This document shows positions 50,660-62,714 of a stretch of 64,000 bases of DNA, piece by piece. The notes beneath the pieces are model-generated. The model ran no database searches and was not told the origin of the DNA. It saw only the letters and a list, made by a program, of their open reading frames with translations. Origin of the DNA: Squalus acanthias. Its lineage: Eukaryota. The translations under genes and the position numbers were made by a program. Location: contig CM059428.1 of NCBI GenBank assembly GCA_030390025.1, forward strand, positions 164,734,001 to 164,798,000, read 5' to 3'. Within the stretch, counting starts at the first letter, position 1, and each line of letters opens with the position of its first letter.

Positions 50660-51000
50660 CAACAACAACTTGTTTTTATAGCACCTTTAACACAGTAAAA
50701 CGTCCCAAGGCGCTGCTTAGAATTAAAAGATAAAAAATTTGACGCCAAACCACAAGGAGAAATTAGGGCAGGTGACCAAAAGCTTGGTCAAAGAGGTAGT
50801 TTTTAAGGAGTGTCTTAAAGGAGGAAAGAGAGGTAGCGAGGCAGAGTGGTTTAGACAGGGAATTCCAGAGCTTTAGGGCCTAGGCAACAAGGCACGGCCA
50901 CCAATGGTTGAGTGATTATAATCAGGGCAGAATTAGAAGGGGGGGCGGGGGGAGATTACAGAGATGGGGAGGAGCGAGGCCATGGAGAGATTTGAAAATC
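50660..51000 (-). mobile_element. L2-type LINE 3' fragment
   Basis: Reverse complement of the 20540-20701 tail (aacaacaacttg...ttagggcaggtgaccaaaagcttggtcaaagaggtag). Confidence 0.75.
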
Positions 51001-52082
51001 TTCAGTCTTCCCAATATTTAATTGGAGAAAATTTCTGCTCATCCAGAACTGGATGTCGGTCTGTGGACCTCAATTGAGCCGATCCCTCAGAGCGTTTCTC
51101 CTTAATGGGAATAATGTGTACATCTCTGGTCAAAACAGGACCGTGCTTGACTGTGATGTGCACGTAGCTTGCCAACTGTCTAGGCTTACACATGAATGAT
51201 GGCCACTTTGGCACAATATCAAAGGGCACTTTATGGAACTGTACCAACCATGAGTCACTGCATTCAGAAGAGAGGGTAAAACAATTAACTAATTGGAATC
51301 TGCAAAGGTGGTAATTTGCTCATTAACCTGTATTTCAAGAAACTTCACAGTGTGTGAACTGTGACATTTATTCTTATTTGTACAATTAACTCTGCAAAAA
51401 TTGTTTTCAATGCTACAACAATTTAATATTAAAAATTTGTGGAAATCTGTTACATGGTCTGTATTCACCTATCCTATTATATAAAAAGAATGCAGTTGTC
51501 TGGGCTTACCTTGTTCAGACCAAGTTTGCGCTCTTTTATCCAATCTTAGTGTGTTAATCCATGTTGCCGGAAGACGAGAAGCCTTGTTTACACTGTTGCC
51601 TCTGATTCAGGCAGTTCCAGAAGCATACTTTTCAATTTTCCATAAGTCAGGTGCACATGATTGCATTTTTTCCATTTTACTAATATATGGTCGGCAGATG
51701 CAGCAGCTAATCTACTGACTATGTTTGCATTGTATTACTTCCAAATTAGTCCTGGTGTGCAACCCAACTCCAAAGCTGGGTTTAATTTATACCAAGCAAT
51801 TTAGAATGCAGAATTCAGCTTACACTGGTGATCTGAGGTCAGACTTTGGCAGGTGTTGGATCACCAATTGCCAGTGTAACCAGGATAGAAGTGTGAGATT
51901 CTGCAGCCAGTTTAAGCCGTTGCAGGGTTTTCAGAGACTTTAATAAGGTGTACACTCAAGTGGAGCTTACTATAGGTTTTATATATCACATATTGTATGC
52001 AAGCTCATATTTCAGAAAATTACTTTGCTTACCAAGTTTTTGAAGTCCCCAAATCAGACACTATTATCTGTTTGTCATTCAG

Positions 52083-52156
52083 ATTGGGCTACCAGAGTGA
52101 AACAAATTGCTAAACTGTGGAGGAAGGCAAGCTCCCAAGAGAGAGCCCCTTACGTG
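52083..52156 (+). CDS. KMT2C: KMT2C exon (ex34), HMG-like box, 74 nt
   Basis: attcag|AT...GTG|gtaagc; DWATRVKQIAKLWRKASSQERAPYV. Confidence 0.97.
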
Positions 52157-52581
52157 GTAAGCATAATTTTCTGTACATGATTTTATACACTGAATATTGT
52201 GGTTAGGTAAGGAATGAAAACGCGTTGATTTATTTAACTGTGCTATTCAATTCATAAGAGTTTCCACCAGTGTATTTTAATAGATTGGGATATCTACTTT
52301 TAAGTTTCTCAAGTCTCAGAATGAGACCAGTAACCTAACATTGAATGAGCAGAGTCCTTTTTAAAGATTTTTACTGCATTATGCCAAAGCATTTTAGTAC
52401 TTTATATAATATAGATTTTCAGGTACTTGCACTACAAGACAGAGAAAAGCTGCAGATACTGGCAATGGTAGGTTTTGAGGCTGCTTTTACAGGTGGACCG
52501 AGTTTTAACAGGGCAAAGGTGTTTTGGGAGAGAATTTCAGACATCAGGGTGGTGATGGTTGAAGGCTAGATTTGAAATATT

Positions 52582-53325
52582 GGGCTGGAAATTGCGTCGG
52601 AGGCTTCCCACGGGCAAATGCCTCCAAACCGCAAAAGAAGTCCGCACCTACCCGGTGCCTCCGTACCTTCGGACTCTTGCGGTCCTGGGCCTGCAGGCGT
52701 ATGCCTGCGTAAAGGCCCACACATCCCAGGGGCGCATGATGTTTGCAAGCAACCCTGGGATCACGTGAACCGGGCCCAAACAATCACAAAGGGGGATTCC
52801 TATTATGCTTCTTGGGATTCCATTTACATACGGAATCCCCATAAGCATAATAGGAATCCCCTAAAAAACACTTCCATCCCACTTAAATAAAAAATAAATC
52901 ATCACGTTAAAAATGAATTAAAACACAATTTAATTAAACATTTAAAACAAAAATTTATTTAAAAAAAAATTTAAACATTTTTAAAGGGGCCAAAATAACC
53001 TAAACTAATTTTAAAGGTTTTTGAATGTTTAAATCATTTTTAAAAATGTATTTTAATATTTATTTAGACCCTTACGCTGGTAAAAGAGAGCCTTACGCCT
53101 GCTTTTACCAGGCGTAAGAGTTTCGTGGGCATTCGCTGGGCAGCAGTTGGGCAAATAGCCCAACTTTCCGCCAGCAAATGTCCATTTCCTGCACATTCGT
53201 ACAATCTGTCAAGCTGAAACTTGACAGATCGCAAGTTCCGGTTTTCGTGCATGCGCATCGCACGTGGAAACCCGGAACTTGGGCACTTAAACGTACGCGG
53301 CCATAGGCCTCGGAAAATCCAAGCC
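52582..53325. mobile_element. MITE-like element, same family as 26355-27103
   Basis: ATT|gggctggaaattgcg ... cggaaaatccaagcc|ATT; shared blocks tcggaggcttcc, ctgggatcacgtg, gcctgcttttaccaggcgtaag, cttgacagatcg. Confidence 0.8.
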
Positions 53326-53876
53326 ATTGTGTGCAACTGTTAGAACTTATATTTATATTGTACCTATAATGTAAGAAAAAGCATCCAAATAAGTTTCACA
53401 GATAGAGGTAAATACCATTTAAGTTTCCCAACATTGGGACAACCAATTTCAATTGAGAATACTTTGCTTCAGTGAGATGTTCGTGACGAGCCATGGTTGG
53501 GTTGCACAGTCCTCCATTATGTCTATAACCAATCCTCTAATCTTAAGTATGTTTGAGAGGAATGTAATATTTTTTTAAAGTACTGAAAATGTCAGTGCTC
53601 TTCTCATCCATGCAAACTGGTGTTCTCTGCCATGTGTTGTGGAGAAATCCACTGTGTAATGCATTTATCAGATACCATTAACTCTGCTTCATAAAGCTAA
53701 TCTTAGGTAATGTTCCACAGAAATTATGGACAACGCATTGCATAATTTTTCATAAATTGTGTCTCCTAAAGAAATGTTTCTGGTTTATTGGGCCCCATTT
53801 TCTTCAAAATTGTTAATATATGCATATTTGATCTTGTCAGTTTTCTCCCCCACCCCCATACGCAAGTTTAGATCAC

Positions 53877-53896
53877 GTGTGTGTGTGTGTGAGAGA

Positions 53897-53952
<56 letters not shown>
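53877..53952. repeat. (TG)n microsatellite, interrupted (shorter one at 13283-13303)
   Basis: Direct reading. Confidence 0.95.
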
Positions 53953-53954
<2 letters not shown>

Positions 53955-54783
53955 AGATACGGGCATAAGCACGCACAACAAACTGCAATAAACACAAAAC
54001 TGACATTAGCTTCTGAGTGTTGGTCTCCCCACTGCCTAATATTACTGTTATTTGGAAGGGACCAGCAATCAGATTGTGGACCACAAAGTGCTGACCCACA
54101 TAGTGTTTAGCACACTCACTCAGTAGCTAGCCACTGTGATACTTCCATGGTACCAGGGCAAACTGGACTAATAATAACTAGTAGTAGCTGCAAACTCTGC
54201 ATTGGAACCTAAATTAAATCGTAACAGAAAAGAAGGGTGCCCATTTGCACCATTGCATCTGTGCACGCTCTGAAAGAGCTAGCGATGCAGTCCCATTCCT
54301 CTGCCCTTTCCCCATACAGTTTACATTTTTTATTTTTCAAAAATTTCCTTTTAAACATGTGGATTCTGGTTTCACCGTTGTTTCTGGTACAAAATTCCAT
54401 GTCCTGTCAGTGCTCTGCTTATATTAAAAAACAAAAAATCCCTCCAATTGTAGGGGAATCATTTTGCCTAGTTGGGGGGAAAAAAAGTCAGAAAAAAATG
54501 GGTTATGGTCTCCTGAGGGGTGAAATTCTTGTAACAGAAAATGCCTGTTTTTCACCCAAGTGACCTGCTAACAAAATTGCATTCTCAGAAATTATATTTA
54601 AAAGCCTTGTTTTCATACGGTTTTGTGAGTGGGTAATTATTTAAAGAAAACAGGATATTCAGAGTTTTTGGGCCTTGGATGATATCCTAAAGTTGATAAC
54701 TATCAAATTCACCGTTTGTAATGTTAAAATAGTAAAATAATTTTCATTTGCAAATTGAAAGTTAATTCTAATACATTTTTCAG

Positions 54784-54966
54784 CAAAAAGCAAGAGACAA
54801 TCGTGCAGCACTGCGTATAAACAAGGTACAAATGACCAGCGAGACTTTGAGAAGACAACAGCAAGAATGCATTGATTCTGTATCTCGCCCTGATATTGAC
54901 TTGCCATTTAAGGATCAAATGAAGCAAAAGGAATCGGAACATGAACAGGAATGGAAGCTTAGACAG
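54784..54966 (+). CDS. KMT2C: KMT2C exon (ex35), 183 nt
   Basis: ttttcag|CAA...CAG|gtaatc; QKARDNRAALRINKVQM...KQKESEHEQEWKLRQ. Confidence 0.96.
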
Positions 54967-57582
54967 GTAATCGGATTCATACGTGTTGCTGTTGATAATT
55001 TGTGAGGCTCATATTTGTAGAATTTTGTTAGCTAACTGTCTATAATCTGTGGCTAAAATATGCACAGAATTTCAATGCACATGGACAACATTATTTTTGT
55101 TTAAAAACCCATATTAACCAAATTTAGGCTGTCTGGAATGGCAGTAGTTAACTAGAAGATTAAAGGTTCAAATTCCTGAATTTGATCTTGCCACCATTAT
55201 ATTAAGTTTCATCTAGACTATGAGATGAAACACCAAGTGTTACAGGACAGTTTTAGGGGATGCTGTCCATTTTGCCCAAGTTAATTTACATCTTCTGGTG
55301 GTTAGCCATGGAGCAACATTGATACCAGCCAAAGAATTCCATGGCACAGACTGTTGCTCATTGATGAAAACTAACAACCCATTTAATTTTTAATCTACCT
55401 TAAAAATGGATCCACATTTTCCAAAGGCACATTCCGTTTTTTTAGAAAGAAAACCCTACCTTCTCTGACCTTGTTAGACATTCCCTCTTGATCCTGGATA
55501 AAGAAAAAGACGCAAATCCAATGTTTTTACAGGGGAAGAAGGAAGACAGCATGACAAGAAATATGTCAGTCAGGAAGGAGGTATGAAATGAGCAACTTTT
55601 TAAAAGAAAATACTTATTCTGCCTCCAAGAATCAGAAATGCTATGTTTAACTATAAGCTCTAAATAAGCTAGATTATATGGGAGAAAAGGGGTTTGCGAA
55701 GGAGAACTAGTCCCTTAAGTCTTTCTGCTCTTCTACTCTGTTCAAAGATTTACTTTTTAGTGTATACGTAAAATATATTGTTACATTTCTCTACATCAAA
55801 TTTCATCTGCCCAATCTCCTATCTATACCCCCCTGAAATTCCTTGTAGTCCTCTCCACAGTTAACTGCACTCCCTATTTTGGTGTTATCTGCAAATTTTG
55901 ATATTGTGGCCCTATACTTAAGTTTACATCACATGCGTGTGTGTTGTAGTACTAAAATTGACACATTTGGAACACCAGGGTTGATATCCCATCATTATGA
56001 AAATGCGTACAGTAGCCTAGTGATCATGGTAATGGACTAGCAACAGAGGGGTCCTGAGTTCAAATCCCACCATGGCAAGTTATGAAATTGAATTTAACAT
56101 ATCTGATCATTTGTGGGCTAGCACCAGGACTGCTAAAGCTACTGGTTTGTTGTAAAAACCTAACTGCTTCATTAATGCCCTTCAGGGAAAGGAACTTGCA
56201 ACCCCTACCCAGTCTGTGTGATTGACTCTGAATGCCCTCAGGGAAACCAAAGATGAGCAATAAAAGTAGCCTTGCCATATCCCAAAAACAAATAATAAAA
56301 ATCCATTAACTACTACTGTTTTCTGGCCTTTAGCTAATTTACTGTTGATGCTGCCACGTTCCCTTTAATAATGTGCACTTTAATTGCATCAACAAACCTC
56401 GTGTGCAGCATCTTATCCAATGCTTTTTGAAAATCAATTTATCTGCTCCCTTTTTATCTCATTGAAATTTGCTTTTTTTCAACTCGAGTACCTTTACCTT
56501 TTTTTATATTAAACTTAATTATGTCATGGTCGTTGTTTACGAAATGTTCCCCATATCCTGACATTACCAAATTGCTCTACTTCTTTTCCTGGAACCAGAT
56601 CTAGCACTGCCACTTTCCTTATTGGACTAAAGATGAAAGGAATCCTGGACACATAGAAGCCCCCTCCCCTTTTTTGCCAAATACATTACTTTTACCCCTG
56701 TCTATCTTTGAATAATTAAAGTGATCCACTATTTATAGCCCTATTGTTTCTGTATTTTTGTCCACGTATCTCTTCCTCTATCTCCTTTCCACTTGCAGTA
56801 GTCAATAATAAATTCACAACAGGTTAACAGTTTCCTACTTATTCCTTAACTCTAACCAAATACATTCAGATTTTTCCAATTCGTCTCCTATATTATCCTT
56901 TTCTTCCTACTCTAACCCTCCTGAATATTTTGTAACTAGGAATGTTAAATTTCAAAATCGGGCTATTCTCTGTTGACGTTATAACATTGTTAAGCGACTC
57001 AAAACATTTCAAATTAATTTTTTTAAGTTAAGATGGTAAATGATACAAAAACTATCCATATATAAGTATAAAATACAAACTATTATATTTCCTGCGGCAT
57101 TGCATGCAACTTAAAGATGCGTCTGGGCCGTGGGGAGGAATGGGGTGGGGGGGCAATGGGATACATCTGTATTGATGAATTTATAGAGTCCCAGGTGTCT
57201 TTGTCAGCCTGCTGATAAATCAAGTTGCAGGAATAATTATATTTAATGATAGCACTTATCTGAATAATAGGTATTTGAGTATATAACAATAACAGTAGTA
57301 TGTATTTATATAGCACCTTTCACATAGAAAAATGCCCAAAGTGCTTCAGAGAGGCATAATCAAATAAAATGGATGTGGAGCCAAAGGAGGAGATGATGGA
57401 AGGGGAATTTGTGAGGTGACTGGGGGGTGGGAGGCAGGAAGAGAAGCCATTCCTAGAAATGCTGTGGCTACCCTTAGATAGATAAGGGTGGAAACAAGCA
57501 AGGGCAATCATACTGAGCTGAACAGCAGAGAAGAGGCATTGGAAAATGATGTGGTCAACCATCTTAAAGGCTGCAGAGAGGT

Positions 57583-58959
57583 CATAGAATCATAGAAATT
57601 TACAGCATAGAAGGAGGCCATTCGGACCATCTTGTCCATGCCGGCCGACAACGAGCTATCCAGCCTAATCCCACTTTCCAGCACTTGGTCCGTAGCCTTG
57701 TAGGTTACTGCACTTCAAGTGCATATCCAAGTACTTTTTAAATGTGATGAGGGTTTCTGCCTCTACCACCCTTTCAGGCAATGAGTTCCAGACCCACACC
57801 ACCCTCTGGGTGAAAAAAGTTCTCCTCAATTCCCCTCTAAACCTCTTACCAATTGCTTTAAATCTATGCCCCCTGGTTATTGACCCTTCTGCTAAGGGAA
57901 ATAGGTCCTTCCTGCCCACTCTATCTAGGCCCCTCATAATTTTATACATCTCAATAAGGTCTCCCCTCAGCCTCCTCTGTTCCAAAGAAAACAACCCCAG
58001 CCGATCCAATCTTTCCTCATAGCTAAAATTCCCCAGCCCAGGCAACATCCTCGTAAATATCCTCTGCACCCTCTCTAGTGCAATCATATCTTTCCTGTAA
58101 TGTGGTGACCAGAACTGCATGCAGTATTCTAGCTGCGGCCTAACTAGTGTTTTATACAGTTCAAGCATAAAGCTCCCTGCTCTTATATTCTATGCCTTAG
58201 CTAATAAAGACAGATATTCCGTATGCCTTCTTAACCACCTTATCTACCTGTCCTGCTACCTTCAGGGATCTGTGGCCATGCACTTTAAGGCCCCTCTGAT
58301 CCTCCACACTACTCAGTGCCCTACCATTTATTGTGTATTCCCTTGCCTTGTTAGCTCTCCCCAAATGCATTACCTCACACTTCTCTAGATTGAATTCCAT
58401 TTGCCACTGTTCTGCCCACCTGACCAGTCCAGTGATATCTTCCTGCAGTCTACAGCTTTCTTCTTCATTATCAACCACACGGGCAATTTTTGTATCATCA
58501 GCAAACTTCTTAATCATGCTTCCTACATTCAAGTCCAAATCATTGATATATACCACAAAAAGCAAAGGACCCAGTACTGAGCCCTGCGGAACCCCACTGG
58601 AAACCGCCTTCCAGTCACAAAAACACCCTTCGACTGCTACCCTTTGTTTTCTGCCTCTGAGCCAATTTTAGATCCAACTTGTCACTTTGCCATGGATCCC
58701 ATGGGCTTTTACTTTTGTGACCAGTCTGCCATACGGGACTTTATCAAAAGCCTTGCTAAAATCCATATGGACGACATCAAACGAACTGCCTTCATCGACC
58801 CTCCTTGTTACTTCCTCAAAAAATTCAATCAAGTTAGCCAGACACGACCTTCCCTTAACAAATCCATGCTGACTGTTCCTGATTAATCTGTGTCCTTCTA
58901 AATGAGCATTTATCCTGTCCCTCAGAATTTTTTCCAATAATTTTCCCACCACCGAGGTT
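57583..58959 (-). mobile_element. Relatively young 5'-truncated CR1 LINE (RT domain to tail)
   Basis: ORFs 58668..59018, 58197..58565 and 57665..58168: QHGFVKGRSCLANL, DFSKAFDKVP, FADDTKI, LVRPQLEYC; tail ttctatgattctatg. Confidence 0.95.
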
Positions 58960-59237
58960 GAGTATGTAACGGGCTCAAATCTGTTCACAAGCTCCTGGCA
59001 AATTGTTGCTATAGGCACTGTAATGGTGGATTTATTTTTTGGATATACTGCCCCTGCCAGTTTGGCAAATGCCCTTATGTCACGTCCCTCACTTCATTGG
59101 TCCACAGCCCTGTTGCTGAAACACGTCAGACCATTCATGGTCCTCTTATGACATCCCCATTTTTGTTTGTTGATGCACGGTCAGTGAAACACATTGGACC
59201 ATCAACTAACATGCCACAATGGACACAAAAAAAAAGA

Positions 59238-61270
59238 TAGAATCATAAAGAACAGAAGGAGGCCATCGGCCCATCATGCATTTGCCGGCTCTTTGAAAGA
59301 GCTATCTAATTAGCCCACGCTCATCAAGTGTTTATCCAATTCCCTTTTGAAAGTTATTATTGAATCTGCTTCCACCACCCTTTCAGGCAGTGCATTCCAG
59401 ATCATAACGCTGCGTTGTTAAAAATCTCCTCATCCCCTCCCTCGGTTCTTTTGCCAATTATCTTTAAATCTGTTTCCTCTGCTTACAGTTGTCCTGCCAC
59501 TGGAAACAGTTTCTCCCTATGTACTCTATCAAAACCCCTCATAATTTTCAACACCTCTATTAAATCTCCCTTTAACCGTCTCTGCTCTAAGGGGAACAAT
59601 CCCAGCTCCTCTTGTCTCTCCACAATACTCAAGTCCCTCAACACTGGTACCATTCTAGTAAATCTCCTCTACCCACTCGTAGACCTCGATATCCTTCCTA
59701 AAGTGTGGTGCCAAAAATTGGACACAATGCTCCAGCTAAGGTCTAACCAGTGATTATGAAGGTTTAACATAACTTCCTTAATTTTGTTTATAAAACCCAG
59801 GATCCCGTATGCTTTTTTAACAGCCCTATCAACTTGTCATAAGAAATAGGAGCAGGAATAGGCCATTCGGCCTCTTTAGCCTGCTCCGTCATTCAATAAG
59901 ATCATGGCTGATCTTCTATCTCAACTCCACTTTCCTGCACTATCCCCATATCGCTTGATTCCCTTAATATCCAAAAATATATCGATCTCTATCTTAAATA
60001 TACTCAGCGACTGAGCCTCCACAGCCCGCTGGGGTAGAGAATTCCAAAGATTCACCACCCTCTGAGTGAAGAAATTTCTCCTCATCTCAGTCCTAAATGG
60101 CCGACCCCTTATTCTGAGACTGTGACCCCTGGTTCTAGACTCCCCGGCCAGGGGAAACATCCTCCCTGCATCTACCCTGTCAAGCCCATTACAAATTTTG
60201 TATGTTTCAATGAGATCACCTCTCCTTCTTCTAAACTCTAGCAAATATAGGCCTAGTCTACTCAATCTCTCCTCATAGGACAATCCCCCATCCCAGGAGC
60301 CAGTCTGGTGAACCTTTGTTGCACTCCCTCTATGGCAAGTATATCCTTCCTGACTTAAGGAGACCAAAATTACACACAATACTCCAGGTGTGGCCTCACC
60401 AGGGTCCTATATAATTTCAGTAAGACGTCTTTACTCTTATACTCAAATCCTCTTGTAATAAAGGCCAACATACCATTTGCTTTCTGTACCTGCATGTTCA
60501 CTTTCAGTGATTCGTGTACAAGGACACCCAGGTCCCTCTGAACACCAACATTTCCCAATCTCTCACCATTTTAAAAAGTACTCTGCTTTTCTATTTTTCC
60601 TACCAACTTCACATTTCTCCACATTATATTCCATTTGCCATTTTCTTGCTCACCTTCAAACATTTGTGTATGTGAACCTCCAGATCTCGCTTTAATGCAC
60701 CCCCTTTAAAATTGTACAATTTACTTTATATTACCTCTCCTCATTCTTCCTTCCAAAACGCCTCACTTCACCCTTCTCTGCATTAAATTTCATCTGCCAC
60801 GTGTGTGCCATTGCACCAGTCTGTCTATGTTCTCCTGATATCTGCTACTATTCTCCACCGTTTACTGCATTTCGAAGTTTTGTGTCGCCTGCGAACTTTG
60901 AAATTGTACCCTGTATACCTAAGTCCTAATAAAACGAGCAGTGGTCCGAATACGGACCCCAAGGGGACACCACTGTATACTTCCCTCTAGTCTGAGAACC
61001 AGCTGTTCACCACTACTCTCTGCTTCCTGTCTCTTAACCAATTTTGTATCCATGCTGCCACTGCCCCTTTAATTTCAGAGACTTTGATTTTGTTAAGTCT
61101 ATTATGTGGTACTTTTATCGAATGCCTTTTTGAAAGTCCATAAACACAACATCAGCTGCACTATTACAAGCTGCACTATCTTCATCAAATTCTTCGTTAT
61201 TTCATCGAAGAACTCAATTAAATTTGTCAGACACAATTTGCCTCTAACAATTCCACGTTAGCTGTCATTT
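59238..61270 (-). mobile_element. CR1 fragment with a second CR1 (~59839-60652) nested in it
   Basis: Two separate 3' tails (near 59238 and 59839); ORFs 59921..60379 and 60370..60558 are CR1 RT C-terminal; host element resumes at ~60653. Confidence 0.8.
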
Positions 61271-62714
61271 ATAGATGAATAAAACTTATAGTGGAAAGCT
61301 ATTTTATATGCACATGGTTTTCATGTGATAGGTTGGAATTGTTTTTAAAAACCATATCAAAAGCCCCCATAAAATTGCTTGATTTTTACTTTTATTTTTA
61401 GGTTTTTAAAAAAAAAAAAAATTATTCTCTATCCTCAATAGAACATTTTCCTGCAAAAATGGCCTTGGTGGTCATACTTTGTTGAGAATTTTGGATATGA
61501 ATTTGTTGGAAGGTGTTCAACCACTAGGGTAGTGTGTTATTTGTCTGACTTTTCATTACCCATCAAGGAGGTTCCAAGTTCGGTGTTCTCAGCCAAGGAA
61601 GTGGTGGAACAACTGATAAACCTCCTCCAGCAAGTCAGATAAGCTTGCCAACTATGCTTTCTTGTTTTTGTTGTTCTTGAAAATTGCCCAGAAAGATCAG
61701 GTACTCCATTCCTCATCACACAAGCAAAGTTCTTCCTCTTTGACGACCCATATCCTCCCTTGCCTTGGGTAAACAGATGCCCCTCCCCCAGCCAGCACCT
61801 ACTTGCCAACATATTCTTGCCAACATATTCTGGCTGTCTGAGCCACTATCTGTGTTGCAACACTCACCTACAGAATATTTTTTCATTGTACCACTATTTT
61901 TGCATTTTCAGGGCTACTTCAAAAAACCAACATAATCTCACATTTCCACGGAGGGAATTTGTGATATGATTACAGTGCCTTTTAGCAGAAGCACAATGGC
62001 ATAAATTGTTTAATATTTTCTCTTTGCTATGCAAAAAATTGGTAGGCTGCTTGCAGCTTTTTTTAAAGTCCCATTTATTATGGCTATTCCGTCTTTCCCT
62101 TTTCTGAACCATACGTATATATTCAGCACCATGCCTACTCCCCATTCCATGTCTCCTTATCCATTGTTGAAGTGAAACCTGATCAAAAACTTTCTGAAAG
62201 TCGAAGTATATAATAGTATTTCCGTTGTCCATTTTGTCAGTGATATCTTTGGAAAAAATGACAACAAATTTCCTACAGACTTCAAACAATAATTGGAACA
62301 ATGTGCATATAATTAGAGTAATCAGAATAGTATTGACTGGATATTGGGTCTAAAATGTAACTTTGTTTTTAAGACAAAACTGTTATCTGGTCTATTGATC
62401 ATACTGGTGTAAAAAGGCACCTGGGAAATTATTTATTACAATAATACATGTGTAGCATCCCAAGTTGCCAGGTTATACCTGCATGAATTGCAAATTGTGC
62501 ACCAGAGTTTACAGTAGGTGGATTTCTCAGCATTCAATTCTTGACACTTGCACATTTTAAGTGTGCCAGACAAAACAATATTTTGATTGTTTCAGCAATG
62601 GGAAAGTTTTTAAATACAATTTTAAGGTTTTTGCTTCAGCTTCCATATTAGCAATATTTGTCATTCAAGTTACATAAACCTGATCATTTTATCTTTCGTC
62701 TCATATCAAAACAG

